Below are positions 19,626 to 29,039 of a stretch of DNA of 64,000 bases, one piece after another (position 1 is the stretch's first letter; each line of letters starts with the position of its first letter). The DNA comes from a virus (Duplodnaviria > Caudoviricetes), in the IMG/VR virus record IMGVR_UViG_3300033273_000833, positions 32,001-96,000 of that record, one strand, 5' to 3'. The notes beneath the pieces were generated by a model. It had not been told where the DNA came from. It ran no database searches and saw only the letters and a program-made list of their open reading frames with translations. The position numbers and the translations under genes are program-made.

Positions 19626-20678
19626 ATGAGCCCTGAAACAATCAAATCTGTATTAAATGAGTTGGGGTATAATTTAGTAGACAGAGGGTCTTACTGGCAA
19701 ACAAACGCTCTTTTTAGGAACGGAGACAACTCTACAGCAATACAGATATATAAAAATTCTGGAGTATGGAAGGACTATGTGTCAGGAACTTCATTCATGC
19801 CCTTTAAGAGTTTAATTCAAGCTACTCTTAAAACTAATGATAAACAAATTATAAATAAATATTTAAAGAATGTTGACACTCTTGACTTAGATAGCGTCGA
19901 ACGTCAATATAAGCCTACTCAAAAAATTATGTCAGAAGAAATATACCCTAAATCAGATATAGATAAATTTTTACCTCATTATAAATTTTATGAAAATAAA
20001 GGTATATCTAAATCTATTTTACAAAAATTAAAGTCAGGATTCTGCACAGAAGGTAAGATGCATAATCGATTTGTATTCCCTGTTTTTAATGAAAGCGGAA
20101 TGATTCATGGATTAGCTGGTAGAGATATGCTTAAAGATGCTGCGAATAGACCCAAATGGAAACACATGGGTCAGAAAAACAACTGGATATACCCCTTATA
20201 CGACGAAGACTCTTTAGCCAGAGAACACATAAACAACAAAGAGGAAGTCATTTTAGTTGAAAGTATAGGAGATTTATTATCTTTACACGAGTCAGGTATT
20301 TACAATTGTCTTGTAACTTTCGGGCTCTCTGTTTCGCCTAAAATGATATGCGCTTTAGTTTCTTTGGCTCCTAAAAAAATAATATTATCTTTCAATAATG
20401 ACTCAGACAAAGAAGAGAACAGGGGTGCAGATGCCTGTGTTAAAAACTATTTAAAACTATTAGATTACTTTGATCAAAATTCATTATATATATGCTTGCC
20501 TACAAAAAATGATTTTGGAGATATGAATATAGATGAAGTATCACAGTGGCAAATTAAATTATCCAATATAGACCAACCAAAACAACAAGAATATATTTTA
20601 AAAAGATCAAGCGAATTAAGATCTAATAAAAAATTAGCTGAAAGCTTATACAAAAAAACGAAAAAAATAAAATTATGA
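19626..20678 (+). CDS. dnaG: DnaG-type primase (Toprim)
   Basis: RFVFPVFN.SG..HG.AGR; VILVESIGDLL; LSFNND; C-terminal KNDFGDM; adjacent to dnaB. Confidence 0.8.
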   Translation: MSPETIKSVLNELGYNLVDRGSYWQTNALFRNGDNSTAIQIYKNSGVWKDYVSGTSFMPFKSLIQATLKTNDKQIINKYLKNVDTLDLDSVERQYKPTQKIMSEEIYPKSDIDKFLPHYKFYENKGISKSILQKLKSGFCTEGKMHNRFVFPVFNESGMIHGLAGRDMLKDAANRPKWKHMGQKNNWIYPLYDEDSLAREHINNKEEVILVESIGDLLSLHESGIYNCLVTFGLSVSPKMICALVSLAPKKIILSFNNDSDKEENRGADACVKNYLKLLDYFDQNSLYICLPTKNDFGDMNIDEVSQWQIKLSNIDQPKQQEYILKRSSELRSNKKLAESLYKKTKKIKL

Positions 20679-21709
20679 AACGTGATGTTAGATTATCTGC
20701 TAGTAGAATTAGTACATTAAAAAAATGCAGTTGGACATATTGGGTAAAGTACGTACTCAAGCTTCCTGACACAACCAATGCTGGAGCAAGTAGAGGTTGG
20801 ATCTGTCACTTGATCTTTGAAATTCTTGGTGAGCCGCGACACAAGAAAGTTTATGATCGGCTTTTAGTGGCAAAAGATATTTTTGAAGTTGAGTCAATCA
20901 AGAGGCTCGTAATGCATCATGCTCGTAAAATGAATGTTGATGACGCAGAAAATCTTCAGCTCATTAGCGATATGACAATGGCTGGCTTGAACTTTGATTT
21001 CTTTGGAGACACATTCGCAAAACCTGATTTAGCTATTTCTGAAAAAGAATTCTTGCTTGATGTAGATGAAGATGGTAAAAGATATAAAGTTTTAGGTTTT
21101 ATTGATAAATTATTTCTTTATAAATCTGCCAGTAAAGCTTTAATCAGAGATTTTAAAAGCAGTAAGAGCGTATTTAAAGGCAAAGACCTTGAAGATAACC
21201 TACAAGACTTAATCTACTGCTTGGCAGTAAAAAGAATGTTTCCTGAATACAAAAACAGAGTAATGGAGTTTTTGTTTCTGAAGTTTAATCTAGAGTCAAA
21301 GGGTAAAGTAATGATGCCTACAATTCCTGATGACGAGTTAGATGGGTTTGAATACGAACTCACACAAATCCAAGACTACTTGGAGAACTTTTCAGAGAAA
21401 GATGCTATGTCTAATTTTGCAGCCGACCAAGGATTCCCTAAAGATGGAAGCTTCGGAGGTTTATTAGCTTGCGGTAAAGATGGCTTTAAAATGAGTCGGG
21501 GCTCCCCAGTTTTAGACGAGAACGGAGAGCCAATAAAAGCGTTTATATGTCCCTTCAGAAAAGGTTTTAATTATTATGTATTAATTAATTCGGAAAACAA
21601 AATAATCAAAAGCTCATTTGAAAATGAAAAAGAAAAGCTTGTCGCAAAAGAAGGCGAGACTATTGAATTAAGAGAGTACAAAGGATGCCCTAAATGGATT
21701 AACTCATAG
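20675..21709 (+). CDS. RecB/AddB/Cas4-like PD-(D/E)XK exonuclease
   Basis: LSASRI..KKC, G..CH..FE, EKEF, GFIDKL, IRDFKSSK, Q..Y; three C-terminal Cys. Confidence 0.85.
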   Translation: MKRDVRLSASRISTLKKCSWTYWVKYVLKLPDTTNAGASRGWICHLIFEILGEPRHKKVYDRLLVAKDIFEVESIKRLVMHHARKMNVDDAENLQLISDMTMAGLNFDFFGDTFAKPDLAISEKEFLLDVDEDGKRYKVLGFIDKLFLYKSASKALIRDFKSSKSVFKGKDLEDNLQDLIYCLAVKRMFPEYKNRVMEFLFLKFNLESKGKVMMPTIPDDELDGFEYELTQIQDYLENFSEKDAMSNFAADQGFPKDGSFGGLLACGKDGFKMSRGSPVLDENGEPIKAFICPFRKGFNYYVLINSENKIIKSSFENEKEKLVAKEGETIELREYKGCPKWINS

Positions 21710-22588
21710 GCGATTATAACCCCAAGAAGAACGCAAAAACGCGTTCCAGTCTTTATAAGTATGACCAGCATCTAAAGAGCTCTCTTGCCCCCATTTATGA
21801 GCTAAATACCCTTCTATTTTTTCAACCATAGTATCATCAGTATACACAACACATTCAGCAATAAAACCTTCTAGGGAGAATTGACCATTTTCATTAACAC
21901 CCAGTCTAAAGCGATTAAAGGTATTATCGCCAGTATCTCCAGAAACTTTTTGAGTTCCATTTACTCTAATAAAAGAAGTAGCCGATGAATCCAATTTAAT
22001 TGTAATTAATGAGTTTGAGCCCACCATGACTGGACTTAAGCCGCTGGCAGTAATTACTTTAGCGCCACCAGCGTCTCCACCATAAACCTGCAAAGTCGCG
22101 CCACCACTTGCAGATCTAGCCATCATTCTATTTCCCCCAGACGTAGTATTTGTTAAAGCAAATAAAAAATGCTGAGGATTTGTAGGTCCTGTATCAACAC
22201 GAAAAATTAAACTCACTAAAAAATCTTGATTAGCCCTACTAAAAGAAAAAGATTCGTTCGACAAACCGCTAGTAGTACCCGCATATTCCATAACATTTAA
22301 ATTATTTAAAGTTCTCGTATTTGTTGTAGGTGCAGTATTGGCATTAGTTAAACTTGGTACTGTTAAATTAACCCCGTTACCGCTTTTGTCATTCCATTGA
22401 CTTACAGCATTTGATGTATGCTGAATTGTTGAAGTATCACTGGCATCCCACCAAGCGACTGTCGAAATTTCGCTAGGAGACCAAGGAATAATAATTTGCC
22501 TATTTAATGCATCAAGAATTTCATTCACTTTATTTCTTGTTTCATTAAGATCTACTTGAGTTTGATCAGAGTTTAATTTATCTACCAT
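21704..22588 (-). CDS. LamG/ConA-like virion fibre-type protein
   Basis: AWWDASD..VSQWNDKSGNG, EGFIAECVVY, EKIEGYLAHKWG; start moved to M12 of the ORF track entry. Confidence 0.65.
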   Translation of the reverse strand: MVDKLNSDQTQVDLNETRNKVNEILDALNRQIIIPWSPSEISTVAWWDASDTSTIQHTSNAVSQWNDKSGNGVNLTVPSLTNANTAPTTNTRTLNNLNVMEYAGTTSGLSNESFSFSRANQDFLVSLIFRVDTGPTNPQHFLFALTNTTSGGNRMMARSASGGATLQVYGGDAGGAKVITASGLSPVMVGSNSLITIKLDSSATSFIRVNGTQKVSGDTGDNTFNRFRLGVNENGQFSLEGFIAECVVYTDDTMVEKIEGYLAHKWGQESSLDAGHTYKDWNAFLRSSWGYNRL

Positions 22589-22599
22589 TTCAATATTTA

Positions 22600-22605
22600 T
22601 TACAC
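22600..22605 (-). promoter_or_regulatory. GTGTAA putative late-promoter motif
   Basis: GTGTAA-N11-ATG(22588) on the minus strand. Confidence 0.55.
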
Positions 22606-22614
22606 TATTTCGTC

Positions 22615-22643
22615 TTGACATTTTGATTTCAACATGCTATCAT
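22615..22643 (+). promoter_or_regulatory. sigma70 promoter with extended -10
   Basis: TTGACA-N17-TATCAT with TGn, then N9-ATG(22653). Confidence 0.8.
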
Positions 22644-22652
22644 TATACTTAT

Positions 22653-23381
22653 ATGATACCTTTATTTAAAAGCCACTATTCTATAGGTAAATCAATACTT
22701 ACTTTAAAGAATCCCGAAAAAGCAGAAGAAGGTGGTCCAGATAGCATTTTCTCAATTGCTCAAGAACATGAATTAAAACAAGTTTGTTTAGTGGAAGACT
22801 CTCTGGTTGGCTTTTTAGAAGCTAAAAAAACCTGTGAAGAAGTAGGTATAAATTTATATTTTGGACTTCGCATTGAAATAGAGAATGGAAGTTTGTATAA
22901 AGTTATCATTTTTGCAAAGAATAGCGAAGGCGTTAAAGACTTAAACAGTATATACAGTAACAAGTTTTGCTCTGAAGATAAATTTTCCATAGACTCACTA
23001 AAGTTGTTATGGACAGATAATCTTTTACTCGTTATCCCCTTTTACGACTCTTTCATTTTCAACAATACATTATCATTTACTGGATGTATGCCCGACTTTA
23101 ACTTCACGAATCCTTCTTTTTTTATAGAAAATAATGGTTTACCGTTTGATCACATTGTTCGCAAAAAAGTTACAGATTACTGCGAATCAAACAGCTACGA
23201 AACCCTAGAAGCCAAAAGTATCTATTATAAAAATAAATCCGATTTTGATGCATGGCTTACTTACAAAATCGCGACTAATAGGAGATTTGGAAAAAACCAA
23301 TCTTTATATTGCCCAAATTTTGATCACCTAGGAAGTGATGAATTTTGCTTTGAATCCTACCTTAATAAAAATGGCAGATAA
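22653..23381 (+). CDS. Stand-alone PHP domain of DNA Pol III alpha (degenerate metal ligands)
   Basis: PLFKSHYSIGKSIL, CLVEDS, FGLR and IIFAKNSEG..DL match the DnaE PHP layout; start moved downstream of the promoter. Confidence 0.75.
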   Translation: MIPLFKSHYSIGKSILTLKNPEKAEEGGPDSIFSIAQEHELKQVCLVEDSLVGFLEAKKTCEEVGINLYFGLRIEIENGSLYKVIIFAKNSEGVKDLNSIYSNKFCSEDKFSIDSLKLLWTDNLLLVIPFYDSFIFNNTLSFTGCMPDFNFTNPSFFIENNGLPFDHIVRKKVTDYCESNSYETLEAKSIYYKNKSDFDAWLTYKIATNRRFGKNQSLYCPNFDHLGSDEFCFESYLNKNGR

Positions 23382-24012
23382 ATTACTTAGATTTAATAAA
23401 AAACAGAAATATATATATTTTGATTTTGAAACTTGTGGCCTTAATTTAGCCTCAAAAGAAAACAAACCTTGGCAGCTTGCGTTTATAGTATCCGATGGAA
23501 CTAAGATCGTTTCAGAAAAAGATTATTTAATCAAGTGGGACACTCTTGATATTTCTGATGGAGCTGCAAAAACAACAGGATTCTCTAGAGCGAAATATAA
23601 CAAGCTTTCTGTTGATCCAACAATGGTTCTCGATGAATTTGAGAAATACATTTATGACGATCAATATTTAATTATAGGACACAATATACTTGGTTTTGAT
23701 GTTTATATACATAATATATTTAGAAAGCTACTAGGCAGAGATACAGACTACTCTTATATAAACAGATGCATCGACACACTGTCTTTATCTAAAGCTAAAT
23801 TAAAAGAAATTAAATTCGATAAAAATCAAACTTTAATTAATTGGCAATATAGATTAAACTCTTTTAGAGAAAGAGGCATGAAGTGTAGCTTAAAAGTAAT
23901 GTGCAAATTATATGATATACCCTTTGATGAATCAAAATTGCATGATGCATTATATGATATTAGAATTAACAAATTATTATTCGAGAAATTAATATGGCAA
24001 ATAGATATTTAA
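23371..24012 (+). CDS. dnaQ: DEDDh 3'-5' proofreading exonuclease (epsilon-like)
   Basis: YFDFETCGL, IIGHNILGFD, CIDTL, LHDALYDI. Confidence 0.85.
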   Translation: MADKLLRFNKKQKYIYFDFETCGLNLASKENKPWQLAFIVSDGTKIVSEKDYLIKWDTLDISDGAAKTTGFSRAKYNKLSVDPTMVLDEFEKYIYDDQYLIIGHNILGFDVYIHNIFRKLLGRDTDYSYINRCIDTLSLSKAKLKEIKFDKNQTLINWQYRLNSFRERGMKCSLKVMCKLYDIPFDESKLHDALYDIRINKLLFEKLIWQIDI

Positions 24013-26570
24013 AATTTAAAGAAAACTTTTCAAACTACGATGATTGTATTGACCCAGGAGTAAAGCTGCCTGAGATCAATATCACTGCAAAACAAAAAAA
24101 AGAATTAAAATGCAATCCTGATTGTTCAAACTTAGACTACCTTAAGGCTTTATGCTGGAAGGGAGTTAGGGATAAAGGTATAGACAAACTCAAGAACAAA
24201 CAAGACTATTATGATAGAGCTAAAACAGAGTTAGAAATTTTAGACAAACTCGGGTTTGTTGACTATATTTTATTGAATTGGGATATTCTTAATTATTGCC
24301 ACGAAAACGATATTCCGACAGGGCCAGGACGAGGCTCTGCTGCAGGTTCCTTAGTTCTTTTTCTCATCAGGGTTACAAACATTGACCCTGTCAAATATGA
24401 TTTATTTTTTGAGAGATTTGTTAGTGAGAGTCGAGCAAAGAAAATTGAAAAAAATGGAGTTACATACTTGGACGGCAGTTTGCTAGCGGATATTGATAAT
24501 GACATTTCTTACGAGCGAAGAAAAGATGTTATCTCTTATATAGAAAATAGGTTTCCAGGCAGGACTGCCAAGATTTTAACGCTAAATACATTGAGTGGTA
24601 AACTCTGCATTAAGGAATGTGGCAAAATTGTAAAAGAGTTATCAGAACAAGATGTCAATCTAGTCAGTTCTTATATACCGAAAAGATTTGGCGAGGTAGC
24701 TCCTTTGAGAGAAGCTTATAATGAGTCTCAAAAGTTCAAGGAATGGGTGGATTCTAACGATAAAATATTTAAAATCGCAAAAAAAATAGAAGGACTCAAC
24801 AAAAATACTGGAGTCCATCCCTCAGGGATAGCAATCTGCCACCAAGAAATCAGTAGAGCTTGCCCCATACAAAAAACCAATGATGGAGCACTCGTTACAG
24901 GCTATGATATGAATTGGGTAGCAGAGTTAATGGTTAAATTTGATATCCTAGGACTAAGAACATTAACAGTTATCCACGACACTTGCAAGCAGTTAAACAT
25001 TTCCCCAGAAAGCATTGATTTAAACTCAAAATCAATTTTTAAACCACTTAAAAATCTAGAAAATCCACATGGTTTATTTCAAATTGAGGCTGACACAAAC
25101 TTTCGGGTGTGTAAAAAGATTAAACCATCAAGTCTAGAAGAGCTTAGTGCCGTTGTTGCTATTGCTCGCCCAGGAGCCTTAGAGTTTATGGATAATTACT
25201 CAGACTATACTCGGACAGGCGACTTTCAAAGCGTACATCCTTTCTTTGATGAAGTCTTAAATTATACAGGAGGCATTCCTCTGTATCAAGAACAGCTAAT
25301 GAAAATGGCAGTTAAAGTCGGGTTTACTCTTGATGAAGCAGAGCAATTAAGAAGAATAGTTGGCAAAAAGAAGGTTAAAGAAATGCCTCAATGGAAATCG
25401 AAAATTGCAGAAAAAATTCGAGAGAAAAATTTAGAAGAAGAGATAGGAGAAGTTTTATGGAAGGTTGCGGAAGATAGCGCTAACTACTCTTTTAATAAAT
25501 CTCACTCTATATCTTATGCAACTCTTGCAGCATGGACAGTTTATTTGAAATTCAAGTATCCAAAACAATTCTTCTTAAGTCTTTTGAAGATGACGGAATA
25601 TGAACCATCTCCACAAGAAGAAATAAGTAAAGTATCTAGAGAATTAGGCTTTTTTAATATACAACTCTTGCAACCTGATTTAATTAAATCAAATATGGAT
25701 TTTTCTATTGAAGGAGAAAACATCAGATTCGGCCTAAATAGCATTAAGGGCGTAAGTAATAAGTCTCTAGCTAATATTAATTCTTTCATTAAAGAAAATG
25801 AAAGTGCTTCCAATAAATTCGAACTATTTCTATGCGCTAAAGAGTGTGGCATAAACATTGGTATATTATGCGGCCTCATACAAGCAGGAGCTCTTCAGAC
25901 AGAAAATAAATCAAGAGCTAGAACCGTACTAGAAGCCCAAGCTTTTAATATATTAACCGACAGAGAGAAAAGATTATTCACTCAAATTGGTTCAGATTTT
26001 AACTATGATATATTAACAGCAGTATCAACGTGCATATCAAAAAACCTTCTCGGAGATAATGGAAAACCTATTATGTCGGAAAAGAGATTTCAAACATTTA
26101 AAACTAAATTAGGCCCATACAAAGAGATCTATGAGAAAAATAAAGCTTATGAACAGTTTGCAAACTGGTATTTCGAAACTAAATTATTAGGTTACAGCTA
26201 TTCTACAACCCTACAGAAAGTATTCAGTACGGATAAAAATAGATTTTATAATACTTATGAACATTCAACCTTTGAAAAAGGCGAAAGAGTTAAGATGGTC
26301 TGCGTAGTGGAAGATGTTTTGTCTGGGGTTAGTAGAAACGGAAATAAGTACATTAAAATGTCTCTGCATGATGAGGTTGGATCAGTTCAAGCTATGATAG
26401 GAGACTTCAGAACACCGAATTTAACTAAATATAAAGACTCAGGAGGAGTAACTCCTAAAAAAGACAATATCGTAATTATTGTTGGTGAAAAAAGCGATGA
26501 CATTATCTTTGTAGACAGGATGTCTATAATGGATGACAGGATCTATATGAAACTTAGTGACTTAAAATAG
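23994..26570 (+). CDS. dnaE: DNA polymerase III alpha catalytic core lacking the PHP domain
   Basis: GPGRGSAAGSLV, DIDND, GVHPSGI, KFDILGLRTL, YQEQLM, YSFNKSHS, IRFGLNSIKG; C-terminal OB-like region. Confidence 0.95.
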   Translation: MANRYLKFKENFSNYDDCIDPGVKLPEINITAKQKKELKCNPDCSNLDYLKALCWKGVRDKGIDKLKNKQDYYDRAKTELEILDKLGFVDYILLNWDILNYCHENDIPTGPGRGSAAGSLVLFLIRVTNIDPVKYDLFFERFVSESRAKKIEKNGVTYLDGSLLADIDNDISYERRKDVISYIENRFPGRTAKILTLNTLSGKLCIKECGKIVKELSEQDVNLVSSYIPKRFGEVAPLREAYNESQKFKEWVDSNDKIFKIAKKIEGLNKNTGVHPSGIAICHQEISRACPIQKTNDGALVTGYDMNWVAELMVKFDILGLRTLTVIHDTCKQLNISPESIDLNSKSIFKPLKNLENPHGLFQIEADTNFRVCKKIKPSSLEELSAVVAIARPGALEFMDNYSDYTRTGDFQSVHPFFDEVLNYTGGIPLYQEQLMKMAVKVGFTLDEAEQLRRIVGKKKVKEMPQWKSKIAEKIREKNLEEEIGEVLWKVAEDSANYSFNKSHSISYATLAAWTVYLKFKYPKQFFLSLLKMTEYEPSPQEEISKVSRELGFFNIQLLQPDLIKSNMDFSIEGENIRFGLNSIKGVSNKSLANINSFIKENESASNKFELFLCAKECGINIGILCGLIQAGALQTENKSRARTVLEAQAFNILTDREKRLFTQIGSDFNYDILTAVSTCISKNLLGDNGKPIMSEKRFQTFKTKLGPYKEIYEKNKAYEQFANWYFETKLLGYSYSTTLQKVFSTDKNRFYNTYEHSTFEKGERVKMVCVVEDVLSGVSRNGNKYIKMSLHDEVGSVQAMIGDFRTPNLTKYKDSGGVTPKKDNIVIIVGEKSDDIIFVDRMSIMDDRIYMKLSDLK

Positions 26571-26571
26571 A

Positions 26572-26577
26572 GTGTAA
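26572..26577 (+). promoter_or_regulatory. GTGTAA motif (plus TATAAT at 26584-26589) upstream of clpC
   Basis: GTGTAA 17 nt before ATG(26595); TATAAT 5 nt before the ATG. Confidence 0.45.
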
Positions 26578-26594
26578 TTTATATATAATATTAT

Positions 26595-29039
26595 ATGAGT
26601 ACAGAACCACAAGCAAATTTTACACCACGGTGTCAAGCTGTAATAAACGAATCTAAAAAGTTATGCTCGAAGCTGAGGCATGACTCAGTTGAGCCAATTC
26701 ATTTATTTTCGTGCGTTATCTCAAATCAATTCAGCGTAATACCTGATTTATTGGCCACATACTCAATAACTATTGACGAGGCAATTACATGCGTTTCAGC
26801 CAATCTTACCAAAGTTAAGCCTATAGACAGAAACAGCACATTTAATATTCATTTTTCGAAAGATTGTAAAGAAGTAATTTTTGCCGCTATAGAGATTTCG
26901 GAACAACTAATGCATCCGTACGTAGGAATAGAACATTTATTAGTTGCTATACTAGAACAAAAAGACTCCCTAGTTTCTTCCACTTTAGAATCTTTATCTA
27001 TTGACTCGAAAGAATTTCATACTTTATTACACAATCAACTTTTTTTAGCTCAAGGAATTGAGTCTATTGGAACAGGCTTTGGTTCACCTTCCTCAAACGT
27101 CAAGAAGTCTAGCAAACAACAACAGCAATCATCCTCTTATCCCCACATAGAAAAGTATTGCAAAAATTTAAATAAAATTGCAGAACAAGATGGTTTTGCA
27201 AAGCTTGTGAGTAAAGAAAATGAACTTAAAGTACTGTGCGAAATATTGTGTCGAAAAAATAAAAACAATCCAATCTTGCTTGGTGAGCCAGGAGTCGGAA
27301 AAACTGCAGTCATCGAAGGCTTGGCCTCGTCTATAGTTGATCAAAGCTGTCCAAACATACTTCTAAACAAAACTATTTTTTCTTTAGATTTAGGTCTACT
27401 AGTTGCGGGAACTAAATACAGAGGTCAATTTGAAGAAAGACTCAAAAAACTTCTCAATGAATTTAAAAACTTTAAAAGCGCAATTTTATTCATTGACGAA
27501 ATACATACAATCATTGGTGCTGGGGGAGCAGAAGGTTCCATGGATGCCTGCAATATTCTTAAGCCAGCTCTAGCTAGAGGAGAGCTTGCTTGCATTGGCG
27601 CCACAACTTTGTCTGAATTCAAAAAGACCATAAGGAAAGACGGAGCAATGTCCAGAAGATTTCACCCAATCACCATAAATGAGCCATCAACATCAGAAAC
27701 TCTAAAAATACTAACTGGAATCTGTCCCTTTTACGAAAAATATCATAAAGTAAAATACGAGAAACAAGCATTAGCTTATTGCGTAAACTTAGCTGAAAAA
27801 TACATTAACGAAGGCAACTTTCCAGATAAAGCAATAGATCTACTTGATCATGCTGGAGCAAAATGTAAAATTAAACACTTTAATATACCAGATACAATAA
27901 AAGATATAGAAAAAACAATATCAGAAAGAATAGATACAACATCTTATTTAACAAACGGAGCGTTGACTGAAGATTTAGAAGATCTGTTTGCAAAATATGA
28001 ATCTATGCTAAAAGATTGGGACGAAGATTACGAAAAAAATTTACCAGTAATTACCAAGGATGATATTTTGAACATAGTATCTGAACAATGCAATATCTCT
28101 ATTAAAGATATGGATGAATCAACAATTGATAAAGCTAAGTCATTAAATAGGTTTTTGTCAAGAAAACTTATAAACCAAAAAGATGCTATAAAATCTTTAT
28201 GCAATTGCCTCAAAAGAAACTTATGCGGACTAAAAGAACCTCACAAGCCCTTTGGATCATTTCTCTTTCTTGGTTCAACTGGAGTAGGAAAAACTTATTT
28301 ATCTAAGCTTTTAGCTTCTCACTTATTCCAGTCGAAAAACTCTTTCATATCAATAGATATGTCTGAGTATTCTGAAAAAAATTCTATATCAAAATTTATT
28401 GGTTCAGCCCCAGGTTATGTAGGTTACGAAGAAGGGGGAGGGTTGGTTGAAAAAATAAGAGCCACTCCTCATGCCGTCATTTTGTTTGATGAAATAGAAA
28501 AAGCCCACCCTGATGTATTGAACGTTTTATTACAAATTTTAGACGAAGGATCTTTAACTGACAACACAGGTTACTCAGCTGATTTTTCTAAAGCAATAAT
28601 TATTGCAACAAGTAATATAGGTTCAGACAAAATAATCGAAAATAAATCAATGGGATTTATGTCTAGTCCAGAAACTCCAGAAGCTTTAGCTATAAAAGAT
28701 CTTGAAAAATCTATGAGGCCAGAATTAATAAATAGATTCGATGAAATTATTGTATTCAATCAATTAAAAGACGATGACTTTAGATCAATTATCAATATTG
28801 AAATTTCCAAAATTAGAGCAATGCTTAAAAAATCTAAACTACAATTATCTGTAGACGAAAAAGCTTTAGAATATTTTTATAATTTGAATTTCGATAAAAA
28901 ATATGGAGCCAGGTTTATATCAAGAACACTAAAAAATGAGCTTCAAAATCCTTTATCTGATTTTATACTCAAAAACTATGGTCTTAAAAAGATCAATGTA
29001 ACAACAGACAAACATGGAAGAAGAATCAAATTACATTAA
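26595..29039 (+). CDS. clpC: ClpC-like Hsp100 AAA+ unfoldase
   Basis: Clp N-domain NFTPR; GEPGVGKT/FIDEIH; GSTGVGKT/LFDEIEKAH; RRF, PELINRFD, YGAR; MGF loop. Confidence 0.9.
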   Translation: MSTEPQANFTPRCQAVINESKKLCSKLRHDSVEPIHLFSCVISNQFSVIPDLLATYSITIDEAITCVSANLTKVKPIDRNSTFNIHFSKDCKEVIFAAIEISEQLMHPYVGIEHLLVAILEQKDSLVSSTLESLSIDSKEFHTLLHNQLFLAQGIESIGTGFGSPSSNVKKSSKQQQQSSSYPHIEKYCKNLNKIAEQDGFAKLVSKENELKVLCEILCRKNKNNPILLGEPGVGKTAVIEGLASSIVDQSCPNILLNKTIFSLDLGLLVAGTKYRGQFEERLKKLLNEFKNFKSAILFIDEIHTIIGAGGAEGSMDACNILKPALARGELACIGATTLSEFKKTIRKDGAMSRRFHPITINEPSTSETLKILTGICPFYEKYHKVKYEKQALAYCVNLAEKYINEGNFPDKAIDLLDHAGAKCKIKHFNIPDTIKDIEKTISERIDTTSYLTNGALTEDLEDLFAKYESMLKDWDEDYEKNLPVITKDDILNIVSEQCNISIKDMDESTIDKAKSLNRFLSRKLINQKDAIKSLCNCLKRNLCGLKEPHKPFGSFLFLGSTGVGKTYLSKLLASHLFQSKNSFISIDMSEYSEKNSISKFIGSAPGYVGYEEGGGLVEKIRATPHAVILFDEIEKAHPDVLNVLLQILDEGSLTDNTGYSADFSKAIIIATSNIGSDKIIENKSMGFMSSPETPEALAIKDLEKSMRPELINRFDEIIVFNQLKDDDFRSIINIEISKIRAMLKKSKLQLSVDEKALEYFYNLNFDKKYGARFISRTLKNELQNPLSDFILKNYGLKKINVTTDKHGRRIKLH

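Noticed and set aside
23361-24012. Programmed frameshifts fusing PHP, exonuclease and DnaE core
   Set aside because: No clear slippery heptamer or stimulatory structure; each ORF has its own overlapping ATG like other coupled genes here.
18108-26570. Inteins or introns in dnaB, dnaE or nrdB
   Set aside because: Lengths are normal or short and no splicing or LAGLIDADG motifs are visible.
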